DNA from: Candidatus Poseidoniaceae archaeon
GTDB taxonomy: Archaea; Thermoplasmatota; Poseidoniia; Poseidoniales; Poseidoniaceae
Length of the DNA: 64,000 bases
Direction of reading: 5' to 3'
Assembly (NCBI GenBank): GCA_030747695.1
Contig: JASLKG010000007.1
Span: 2,261-66,260, forward strand
The notes under the pieces are model-generated. The model searched no databases. It saw only the letters and a list, made by a program, of their open reading frames with translations, and had not been told where the DNA came from. The position numbers were made by a program, and so were the translations under genes. This document shows, one piece after another, positions 19,796 to 29,200 of the stretch (its first letter is position 1; each line of letters begins with the position of its first letter).

Positions 19796-21010
19796 CTAAT
19801 CACTCACTAAAGGGACCACATGCTTCCACCAAGCTTCCATATTTCTAATTACACGTTCTGAATCATGGTTGAAAAAATCGAACCAACACATTAGGCGGTC
19901 ATCTGGATGAAAGCGTTCTTTTACTTGATATGCAATTTCTTCTGGGTTACCAATCAAAGCATTTTTTGCAGCCCGTTCAACTTTGGAGGGGTCAATTGTG
20001 CCTTCAAGAGCATTCCAATATTCGCCTAATGCCAAATTCGCTTCATTTTTAGCTGCTTTAGATTGTTCTTCAGGAGTTAAACCCTCCTCTGCATTTAGAA
20101 AAACAAAAGTTGTCCTAGGCATGTCTCTTCGCTTCCAATCTCCTCCATTAGGATGATATGCTTCTTGCATTCTCTGATGAGTCGCATTAATAATTTCAGG
20201 TGAGGTTATAGACAAGTTAAACACTTTGACTGGCATAAATTGGTTCACAAATTTCTGCGCATTAGGATCATGAGTGCCAGCGATTAATTCTAAACGGTCA
20301 CGGTTCCACTTTTTTGGTACAATAGAGATTTCTTCGAAATTATATCTATTTGGTATTGTTATGCTTTCTACTTCGCTACCTTGAACCTTCAATACATTCT
20401 TCCAGTCTTCATCAGAACGGAAAATCTCACGTGTCAGCACCGTTTTCTTGATGTCATTTGTACAAATTGTATCTCCTCTTAGTAATCGCAAGAAAATTTC
20501 ACTTGCTTCCATGAAAATTTGTCCACGTAATGCAGGCCATGCCACTTCTTCGACTTCATTCCTAGGAGTAATTGAATAAGGCCGTGCCATGAATTCAAAC
20601 CTTCCTGCACTAAACCCTACGTGCAATTTTCTAACAGGATCAATAAATGACAAAAATTGAACAGTATTTGCGATTCGTTCTGCTTGTGCGATTGGACCTC
20701 CACTGGCTAGGATGCTCACAACAGCAGATCCGATTTCGATGTTTTCTGTTCTTCTAAAACTCTCTAAAGCTAACTGGGGGAAATCTGTACACAATCCGAC
20801 TTCTCCTTTCCAATGTGGAACTACAGGTTTTGAATTCGATTGTTGTGTTACAGTTGAAAGGTGAGCTTGAGCTAACCATGCAACACCAAAACCCAACTGG
20901 TCTGCAGATTCTAATTGAGAGAAATAATTGGAGAACATCTCCTCTTCAGTTGGTGTAAAACCATTGTGGTCAGGAGTCTGACTTATCGAGAAGAATATGT
21001 CGTATTCCAT
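19796..21010 (-). CDS. LLM-class (luciferase-like) flavin-dependent monooxygenase
   Basis: ADQLGFGVAWLAQAH, RTENIEIGSAV, AERIA, VGFSAG, ALIGNPEEI pattern. Confidence 0.8.
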   Translation of the reverse strand: MEYDIFFSISQTPDHNGFTPTEEEMFSNYFSQLESADQLGFGVAWLAQAHLSTVTQQSNSKPVVPHWKGEVGLCTDFPQLALESFRRTENIEIGSAVVSILASGGPIAQAERIANTVQFLSFIDPVRKLHVGFSAGRFEFMARPYSITPRNEVEEVAWPALRGQIFMEASEIFLRLLRGDTICTNDIKKTVLTREIFRSDEDWKNVLKVQGSEVESITIPNRYNFEEISIVPKKWNRDRLELIAGTHDPNAQKFVNQFMPVKVFNLSITSPEIINATHQRMQEAYHPNGGDWKRRDMPRTTFVFLNAEEGLTPEEQSKAAKNEANLALGEYWNALEGTIDPSKVERAAKNALIGNPEEIAYQVKERFHPDDRLMCWFDFFNHDSERVIRNMEAWWKHVVPLVSD

Positions 21011-21013
21011 GTC

Positions 21014-21034
21014 CCCTCTCCCATAGGGAGAGGG
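21014..21034. promoter_or_regulatory. perfect 9-bp inverted repeat directly before the LLM start codon
   Basis: CCCTCTCCC-ATA-GGGAGAGGG. Function is inferred only. Confidence 0.45.
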
Positions 21035-21056
21035 TTTAGGGTCATGAACATCACTA

Positions 21057-21851
21057 CTAATCAGTTAATTTTGAAATACGCTCTCTAACTGCAACCGGTA
21101 CCATAGCACCTTCATCCATAAACGCAGTCATCACTTCACTCAATTGTACCATCGCTTCATCTGGCTGTTCACTAATTTCAGCCAGATCTGCAAGACCCCA
21201 ACGTGCTACCAATATTCCTGAAAGCTCTTTCAACTGAATAGCAATTTCTAATGATTCAATGAGAAGGGCTTGTGATTGTTCCAATTCACCAACAGTTGTA
21301 TGACAATGCGCAAGGTCGGCCAAAGCCTCCATTCTTTCAAATAATTCAGTTTCAGGTATAATTTCCAACCTTTTACGTAAATGCATTTGAGCAACATCAT
21401 ATTCGTGATTTTCTTTTGCAATATGAGCAATCAATGCATGCCCGTAAATCATTCCTTCAAGGTCATTTGCTTCTTCACGGAGCCTCATTGATCTATTAGC
21501 AAAAATTTCAGCATCATCTGAGCCAAGTGAGGTCAGAGAAATGTGGTGAAAAATCCCAGCAGCCAATCCCTGCAATCCGTCTTTCTCTGCCGCAACTCCT
21601 AGTCCAATCATTTCATCTTTAGTTGAGCCATTGTGCTTCATTAATTCAAACTGACACCAACCTTGATCCTCTTCCGTATTTGCAACTTTTGCAGCGTGGT
21701 CAAGTAGTCTTATGACTAGAGCATCACGCCCTAATTCTTTAGCAAGCACGACTAAATGTAGTGCAAGACTTGTATTGATTTTCTCTAAATCTTCACCTTC
21801 AGCAAACATTTCGAGAAATTCTTCGGCTTGTTGCAGATTCATTTCGGCCAA
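21057..21851 (-). CDS. TPR-like all-helical protein
   Basis: Helical repeats such as ALADLAHCHTTVGELEQSQALLIESLEIA and WGLADLAEISEQPDEA. TTG start. Confidence 0.65.
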   Translation of the reverse strand: MAEMNLQQAEEFLEMFAEGEDLEKINTSLALHLVVLAKELGRDALVIRLLDHAAKVANTEEDQGWCQFELMKHNGSTKDEMIGLGVAAEKDGLQGLAAGIFHHISLTSLGSDDAEIFANRSMRLREEANDLEGMIYGHALIAHIAKENHEYDVAQMHLRKRLEIIPETELFERMEALADLAHCHTTVGELEQSQALLIESLEIAIQLKELSGILVARWGLADLAEISEQPDEAMVQLSEVMTAFMDEGAMVPVAVRERISKLTD

Positions 21852-21860
21852 AAGAACACC

Positions 21861-22646
21861 TCACACGGAACGCAATCTGCCGCCGTCAACTGCCAAGGAT
21901 ACTCCTCTGATGCTCCCTGAAATTGGAAGGCAAAGATATGTGATTGCAGCCCCTGTTTCCAACGGATCAATCAGTCTACCAATTGGCACTTGTGAGAGCC
22001 AGTTAGAATGTATGTCATTGATGCCTTTTCCAGTTCTCTCGCTAATGGAATTTGCAAGTGATTCTAGCCTGTCTGTATCTGTGAATCCTGGTAATACATT
22101 GTTAATTGTAATACAGGAAGGTAATTCATTTGACAAAGACTTTGACCAAGACGCCATGGCTCCCCTTATTGTGTTAGAGAGACCAATATTTGGAATAGGT
22201 TCCTTCACAGAAGTAGAAATGATATTGATTATTCTTCCATACCCTTCCTTTTCCATTAACGGAACTAGTGCTTTCACTAAACTATGTGAGGCATGCAAAT
22301 GTCTTTTGAAGGGCCCTTCAAAATCATCCATGGTATTTTCCAGTAAAGGACCTCCAGGAGGGCCTCCCGAATTGTTAACAAGTATGTGACATTTTTCAAT
22401 TGAAGAAATGAAATTGTCAATTGCTTTCTGATCTTCAAGATTTACGCTAAATGCTTGGTGGCCACTGCCATGCAATGTGGGAATAATGGCCTCAGGATTC
22501 CTACTTACAGCAGTTATTTTTGCACCAGCAAGTGCCAACATTTGGCATGTCGCAGCGCCGATTCCTTTTGAGGCACCACATACAATTGCATGTTTGCCAG
22601 TAAGTGAATTCGGAGAAAAAGGATAGTCTACTCCTAACCAGTCCAT
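21861..22646 (-). CDS. short-chain dehydrogenase/reductase
   Basis: CGASKGIG, LVNNSGGPPGG, GRIINIISTSVKEP, NNVLPG, VDGG. Confidence 0.9.
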   Translation of the reverse strand: MDWLGVDYPFSPNSLTGKHAIVCGASKGIGAATCQMLALAGAKITAVSRNPEAIIPTLHGSGHQAFSVNLEDQKAIDNFISSIEKCHILVNNSGGPPGGPLLENTMDDFEGPFKRHLHASHSLVKALVPLMEKEGYGRIINIISTSVKEPIPNIGLSNTIRGAMASWSKSLSNELPSCITINNVLPGFTDTDRLESLANSISERTGKGINDIHSNWLSQVPIGRLIDPLETGAAITYLCLPISGSIRGVSLAVDGGRLRSV

Positions 22647-22684
22647 GTATAGGCGAGGGGTTAGCCCCCTTCAACCTTCACTCC

Positions 22685-23422
22685 TCAATCAACATAATGC
22701 GCATATGTTTGTTCTAATAATTTTTGATAAACGACTTGCAATATTTCTTCAGGTGCATTACGGAAAGTGGGATGTTCACTTTCACCCTGTGGTCTACGCA
22801 TAGAATCCCATTCGTCATTTTCATATGCCATTAGAGCTTCTTTCATTAGAACTCCTGCTAATACCAGTGTTTCATAGCATAGATCTTCATATGTCATGCC
22901 ACGTTTAACAGGAACTTCTCTTCTTAGTAGCAACATACCGGTGTCTATTCCATTGTCACAGAAGTGAGTTGAAGATCCAATTGGTATGTCATGATAGACA
23001 CTCCATGCAGGTGATGCAGAACCTCGGCATTCAGGCAATAAACCAGGGTGGCTATTTATGACACCATCTTTTGGATAATCTAAAATCTCTCCCCGGATTA
23101 TTCTAGTTCCGCCAAATACTACTAAGTCTAACTTTAATTCAGCAAGGTAGGGCATTACTTCAGTTGAATTGTGAATCTCCACTTCAACATGTGGAACCTT
23201 TATCCCCTTTTCATTTAATGAATGCAATTGGTCTTCAATGCTAGGGGCAACATCCTTCCCCTCAATTCGTTTAAGGAATTTTTCACGTTCTTCATCAGCA
23301 ATACCCGAATCTTCTGAAACTATGATGCTAGGTACGAATTCTTCTGACAACATTTGTCTAAGCATTTCACGGCCATAGGGATGTTCCTTTAGTAGTAAAA
23401 ATGCAAATTTTGGTTTAGGCAT
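22685..23422 (-). CDS. formyltransferase-family protein (10-formyl-THF dependent; N-terminal domain only)
   Basis: VINSHPGLLPECRG, STHFCDNGIDTG: the catalytic Asn/His/Asp of the Fmt/PurN fold are present. Confidence 0.8.
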   Translation of the reverse strand: MPKPKFAFLLLKEHPYGREMLRQMLSEEFVPSIIVSEDSGIADEEREKFLKRIEGKDVAPSIEDQLHSLNEKGIKVPHVEVEIHNSTEVMPYLAELKLDLVVFGGTRIIRGEILDYPKDGVINSHPGLLPECRGSASPAWSVYHDIPIGSSTHFCDNGIDTGMLLLRREVPVKRGMTYEDLCYETLVLAGVLMKEALMAYENDEWDSMRRPQGESEHPTFRNAPEEILQVVYQKLLEQTYAHYVD

Positions 23423-23432
23423 TAAACCACCA

Positions 23433-24842
23433 TCATGGAGTCACTCTTTGGCGATCACGGGGGAAGAGTACAGTTTCTCTTACATTTCTAGAACCTGTCA
23501 AAACCATCAACAACCGAGCAACTCCGAGACCCCAGCCGGCATGAGGGGGTGCTCCATAACGAAAACCATCTGTATAGAAGCCAAATCCAGATGGATCTAG
23601 TCCCTTATTTCGTAGATTTTGTTCAAGAATTTCAACATCATGCTCACGCTGCCCTCCACTAGTCATTTCATCACGGCCATAGTTCAAATCAAATCCCCTA
23701 CTTAATTGTTCACCAGTTGCACCATTTTCTCCCTCAATATGGTGTATGTAGAATGGTTTCATTTCCATCGGCCATCGCGGAATAAAGTGGAATCCAGGAT
23801 ATTTTTCTGCTATAATGTCACAATGCGATGACTCAATATCAGCACCCCATTCAATACTTTCTCCAGAATCTTGGATCATTTTTATTGCATCACAATATGA
23901 AATACGAGGGAATGGTAAACTAGGCACATCCACAGTAATCGGGTCATCACCCTGGGTTTCACGATATTTGTTCACAATTTCTATTTGGTCCATGTCATTA
24001 TCAGCAACAGATTGCCAAATATGATTAATCATTCTTTCTTGTACACCCATTACGTCATCGTCATTCATCCATGCTGCTTCTATATCGAAGGAAATAAATT
24101 CATTTAGATGCCTGTAAGTGTCATGTTTTTCAGCTCTGAAAGCAGGCCCAATTTCGAATACCCTTTCCATTCCACCTAATACTGTTAATTGCTTGTATAA
24201 TTGTGGACTTTGACTAAGAAATGCTGGAGTGTCAAAATACATCATGGGGAAGAGATTTGTTCCTCCCTCAGACGCCGAAGCAATAATTTTCGGTGAATTG
24301 ATCTCTTTGAATCCTTCAGAAATCAAGTATTCTCTTCCATATTGTAGAACACGCGCACGTAGCGTGAACATGGCCCCAACATGTGCTCTACGTAAGTCGA
24401 GAAATCTGTTGTCTAGGCGTGTATCTAGTCCGATTGAAACAGTATCAGTGACACCAAGAGGCAGTGGAGTTGCGGCTTCTGTAAGAACCGTGAATGATTT
24501 CGCAACCACTTCGTAAGTAGGGGGTGGCACAGGTTCTCCTTCTGCAACTTTTGGAGGGCGTTTTTGTGCAACATCACCCACTACCTGAACAGTAGATTCC
24601 CGTGAAAGATTTTGGGCACATTCCAACTCTGGATCAGATACAAGACCTTCTTTGAGGAAGACTTGTAAGCGACCAGTGCCATCTCTCAAGTCCATGAAAC
24701 AGATTTTCCCCTTTCCACGGTTAGCTTCCATGAAACCACAAATTGTAACTTGACTCCCAACTAGGTCTGAGCCACCGTCTTGTATTTGCCCCAATGTATG
24801 ACTTCTGAATGAGGTGGGGTGCCATACTGTCTCCTTCGCCAT
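23433..24842 (-). CDS. aspS: aspartate--tRNA ligase (archaeal type)
   Basis: OB-fold FMDLRDGTG, RLDNRFLDLR, LSQSPQLYKQ, FRAEKHDT.RHLNE, SGGQREH, GAPPHAGWGLG. Confidence 0.95.
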   Translation of the reverse strand: MAKETVWHPTSFRSHTLGQIQDGGSDLVGSQVTICGFMEANRGKGKICFMDLRDGTGRLQVFLKEGLVSDPELECAQNLSRESTVQVVGDVAQKRPPKVAEGEPVPPPTYEVVAKSFTVLTEAATPLPLGVTDTVSIGLDTRLDNRFLDLRRAHVGAMFTLRARVLQYGREYLISEGFKEINSPKIIASASEGGTNLFPMMYFDTPAFLSQSPQLYKQLTVLGGMERVFEIGPAFRAEKHDTYRHLNEFISFDIEAAWMNDDDVMGVQERMINHIWQSVADNDMDQIEIVNKYRETQGDDPITVDVPSLPFPRISYCDAIKMIQDSGESIEWGADIESSHCDIIAEKYPGFHFIPRWPMEMKPFYIHHIEGENGATGEQLSRGFDLNYGRDEMTSGGQREHDVEILEQNLRNKGLDPSGFGFYTDGFRYGAPPHAGWGLGVARLLMVLTGSRNVRETVLFPRDRQRVTP

Positions 24843-24926
24843 GTTTGGGGGGAGTACTCTTTGAACATCAAGGCATCGCATGTTGTAAACATAGTCTTGA
24901 TAGAATACCTGTGACACGAACCCACT

Positions 24927-26156
24927 ATGCCAAGGGACTTATTCACGTCTGAAAGTGTCTCTTCGGGCCATCCTGACAAACTATGTGATGCTATTAGCGA
25001 TGCGATTGTTGATGCTTGTTTAGCAATCGACAAAAACGCCCGTGTCGCAGTCGAAACTAGTGTAAAAGGAGGAGACAAAAAGGGACTAATTTTGTTAGCA
25101 GGAGAGGTGACTCTTTCTGGAAAACAACCGGATTACGAATCTATCGCAAGAGATACAGGGGCTGCAATTGGGTATGATTCACATGCTATAGGTTTGGATA
25201 CAACCTCTCCTGAACGTTGTGATGTTGTGATGAAAATTACATCTCAATCATCAAATATTTCTCAAGGAATAAATCACCCGGAACAGGGAGCAGGAGATCA
25301 AGGTTTGATGTTTGGATATGCTTGTTTGGAAACGGAATATTTTGAAACTCTCAAAGGGCGGTATTTCCCATTGGCAGCATCATTGAGTCAACGTTTAACG
25401 AGAAGAATGGCTGCATGTAGGGAAAATGGAATATTACCATGGTCTCGGCCAGATTCTAAGAGCCAAGTCACAGTAGAATATGATTCAGATGGAAAACCCT
25501 CACGAGTCGATACTATCGTTATTGCAATTCAACACGATGATGATTTGAAGAATCAATTTGAAAGTGAAGAAGACGAAAGAGAATATGTTACTTCTCAAGT
25601 TAGAGAACATGTAGTGGAGGACGCAATACCTTCAGAGTTATTGTCTTCTGGATATAGATTAATAGTAAATGGGACAGGTAGATTTGCCGATCCAGGTGGA
25701 CCATATGCTGATGCAGGCCTTACTGGGAGAAAAATCATTGTAGATACTTATGGGGGCATGGGCCGTCATGGTGGAGGTGCCTTTTCAGGTAAAGACCCAT
25801 CCAAGGTAGATCGTTCTGCAGCTTATGCTGCAAGATGGGCTGCAAAACACGTAGTAGCAGCAGGTTTGGCAGAAAAATGTGAAATACAGCTGGCTTACGT
25901 AATTGGTGTTGCAGAACCAGTTAGCATTAGAGTAGACACATATGGTACAAACACTCTCCAAAATAGCGAAATTACCGAGCGAGTAAATTCTCAATTTGAT
26001 TTCAGGCCAAAATCCATTGCAAAAAGTTTGGATTTATTGCGTCCAATATATTATTCTACATCATCCGGTGGCCATTTTGGAAGAACTCCAGGAGTAGATG
26101 GTGAATTCCCTTGGGAAGTTATAGATGAAGAAATAATCTCAGCATTAAAGAAGTAA
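24927..26156 (+). CDS. metK: S-adenosylmethionine synthetase, bacterial/eukaryal type
   Basis: FTSESVSSGHPDK, GAGDQG, GLTGRKIIVDTYGG, GGGAFSGKDPSKVDRSAAY. Confidence 0.97.
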   Translation: MPRDLFTSESVSSGHPDKLCDAISDAIVDACLAIDKNARVAVETSVKGGDKKGLILLAGEVTLSGKQPDYESIARDTGAAIGYDSHAIGLDTTSPERCDVVMKITSQSSNISQGINHPEQGAGDQGLMFGYACLETEYFETLKGRYFPLAASLSQRLTRRMAACRENGILPWSRPDSKSQVTVEYDSDGKPSRVDTIVIAIQHDDDLKNQFESEEDEREYVTSQVREHVVEDAIPSELLSSGYRLIVNGTGRFADPGGPYADAGLTGRKIIVDTYGGMGRHGGGAFSGKDPSKVDRSAAYAARWAAKHVVAAGLAEKCEIQLAYVIGVAEPVSIRVDTYGTNTLQNSEITERVNSQFDFRPKSIAKSLDLLRPIYYSTSSGGHFGRTPGVDGEFPWEVIDEEIISALKK

Positions 26157-26160
26157 TTCC

Positions 26161-26179
26161 ATCGGCCCCTAGGGCCGAT
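26161..26179. promoter_or_regulatory. perfect 8-bp inverted repeat between metK and the surface protein gene
   Basis: ATCGGCCC-CTA-GGGCCGAT. Function is inferred only. Confidence 0.4.
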
Positions 26180-26206
26180 TGGCTGAAATGGTGTAATATA
26201 CTCCGA

Positions 26207-29200
26207 ATGTACATGCAGAGGCGACTCTCACCATTTTTGGTTGTCTTGTTGATGTCCATATCCCCATTGGTTCCTATGGCTGCTGCAAATCCTGCTATAG
26301 GTCTTTCAGTAGATGCTTCACATGTAATTTTAAACCCTGGTGAGGCAACTAATATAACGCTCACAATTCACAACAATGGCTCTTCGATTGAGACTTACAG
26401 CATTAACGTTTCAGGTTTTGATTCACATTGGGAAGTTGTTCCATCTGAAAGTAACGTTTCAGGGGTGATTCCGACTTTTTCAGAAGATACCATCATAGCT
26501 GTCAGGCTGAGTACAAACGCGACACCGATTCATTCCACATCCCTTTCGATTGATGTTTCTGAGTCAGATTCCAATATAACTACATCAATCATAGTTTTAC
26601 TTTCTGTAAATCCAAGATATTTACCAGCAATTGATGGCTCTTCTGCAGGCGACAATGGTCTCGTAGTAATGACTCCAGGAGATACTACAAACGTTTCTGT
26701 AGTTGTACGTAATGATGCTAATGTTGAAGATACTTTGTTATTGTCGATTGATCAATCTCCTGATCTAGCATCATTTTGGTCAAATTGGACAAGTGGTCAG
26801 AATTCAAATCAAACAGGAAACAACACAGGTGGAAACAACACAGGTGGGAACAACACAGGTGGAAACAACACAGGTGGGAACAACACAGGTGGGAACAACA
26901 CAGGTGGAAACAACACAGGTGGGAACAACACAGGTGGGAACAACTCCGGTGGAAACAACACAGGTGGAAACAACACAGGTGGGAACAACACAGGTGGAAA
27001 CAACACAGGTGGGAACAACACAGGTGGGAACAACTCCGGTGGAAACAACACAGGTGGGAACAACACAGGTGGGAACAACACGGGCGGAAACACTTCCAAC
27101 ATGATTTCAATGATATCAAGTCCTCAAGGTTGGGACGTGAGATTTATCGATGACGTGATGGATAATATGTCAGTAGGAGAAGTGCGTAATTCGATATTAC
27201 ATCTATCGGTACCTACAAATGAAGCCCCTGGATACTATGGCTTTGATTTGTATGCGGCAAGTGCACTTGGAAACTTTTCAGTTCACACAACTATAGTCGT
27301 TGAGATCACGGCAGTGCATAATCTAAGTCTCTCACACAGCTTAGGAGAGGCATTGTTACCAGGTGACAATACGACTTCAACTATTGAAATTACAAGTTTA
27401 TCCTCAGCACAAGGAAATTGGACATGGAGTAGTACATTAGATTCGGGGCCCTGTGACCTTATGTTACCGATTCTTAAAAATTCAATCAGCGTAGATGAAG
27501 TAACTTCACTTGAAGTAATAATAACAGCATCATCAAATTCTCATGTAGGGGATGAATGCGCATTTACTGTATTAGGCGTTTTAGATTCAGATACATCAAT
27601 TACTGAGTCTATTAGTACAATGGTGATAGTTGGTGAGATTTGGGCTTTGTCCATGGTTATTCCATCAGCAATAAAACTTGATGTTGGAATTCCAGAATCA
27701 TTCACAGTAGCTATTTCTAATGATGGGACTGAAAATGACACATTACAATTGATTGGGATAGATCAACCTGGTGTTACATTTAGTAACCCATCACCAGTAG
27801 AACTTGAGCGCGATGCTTCTCAATATGTTTCTCTTTCTGTAACCATTGATGAAGGGATTTCAGGCAATGTAACTCTTCACTTTTCATTATCATCAATCAA
27901 CAGTGGTAATGATTCTGTGCTAGCACAGGGTATTTTCGAAGTCAAACCATATGCTTCATTCGAAATAGATGGCCCCTCTGAAGGAAGAGTTTCAATAGCT
28001 CCTGGTGAAAATAGCACGCTAACTTTGGCGGTATCTAATACGGGGACAAGGAACCTAACTATTGATCAAAGTATCAGCGGTCTACCATCTGGGATTTCAA
28101 TATCGGGATTAGATGATTTTTCAGTAAATGCGAATGAAACAATATTTGATAATATCTCATTCACCGCTGGAACTAGTGTGCAGCCACAAACCACATCAAT
28201 CACTGTCACAATGGATTCTGGTTGGAATAGCCAATCAATAACTTTAGATTTGCAAATAACAGATAGAAAAGGACTCAGCATAGGTAGCACGGCATCTCAT
28301 ATTGTGGCTTCCCCAATAACGGATAGCAATCTTACAGTTATGTTGACCAATCTTGGTTCAAATACTGACACATTTTTGTTAAGTTTAGATACTAGTGCAA
28401 CTAGCAATTGGTTTTCAGTGACTGCAGATTCATTGTCATCATCTATTGGCCCAGGTAATTCAGATTCTATCACTTTGAGTATCAGAGAAACAACAAGCGG
28501 CGCGCCAGTTAGCGGTGTTGATTTGTTGATTACTGTAACTAGTACTAGTGATTCTACGATTTATGAGAATCTTACGATAAGCATCATACCTCAGGTGGCT
28601 TCAGGAACAATAACTGTACTTACGGATTCAGATCAAGCAGAACCCGGACAGAATATTTACGGTAATGTAGTAATTACAAATTCAGGTACTGCAATAGATT
28701 CTATGATGATTACTACTTTGGAATTAGACTGTAACCTTGATGAAATTATCACACTGGATCCAGGTGTTTCTAGTCAACCAATCGCATGGTCGTGTACCAT
28801 ACCAGAAGGAACATCAGCAGGGTTCGAAGTTCTAACATTTAGATTGACCTCTTCATCAAGGACAAATATGATTGTGGAAAATTCTGAAGGCTATACTGTG
28901 AAACCTCTTTGGGCTGATGGAGACATTATTGATTTCCAATATAATCAAAACAATTTGAAATTTGAACGAAATAACGATCAACATACAATACAACTGCGTA
29001 TATGCAATAAAGCCAATACTTTGGTTACAGGAAATCTTGAATTGATTGGAACCAATCAGCCATTGATGGATGGACAATTTTTCCGCTCTGGAGAAATTGG
29101 AATTAACAATACATTTGAAATGGGCAGTCTTGGTTGCCAGGATTTTAATTTGATATTGACGCCACTTAATTTGGAAGGATTTAATGCACAACTTACTATT

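Noticed and set aside
19796..21010. LLM gene as a bacterial luciferase (bioluminescence)
   Set aside because: Single gene with no luxCDE. The family is broad and the context is catabolic.
26816..27085. Regular short repeats resembling a CRISPR array
   Set aside because: Head-to-tail 15-mers with no unique spacers, in frame within a CDS, and no cas genes.
26718..27153. Alternative-frame ORFs with CCSHL, WEQHR, VETTQ and LFPPV repeats
   Set aside because: Shadows of the stop-free 15-bp repeat.
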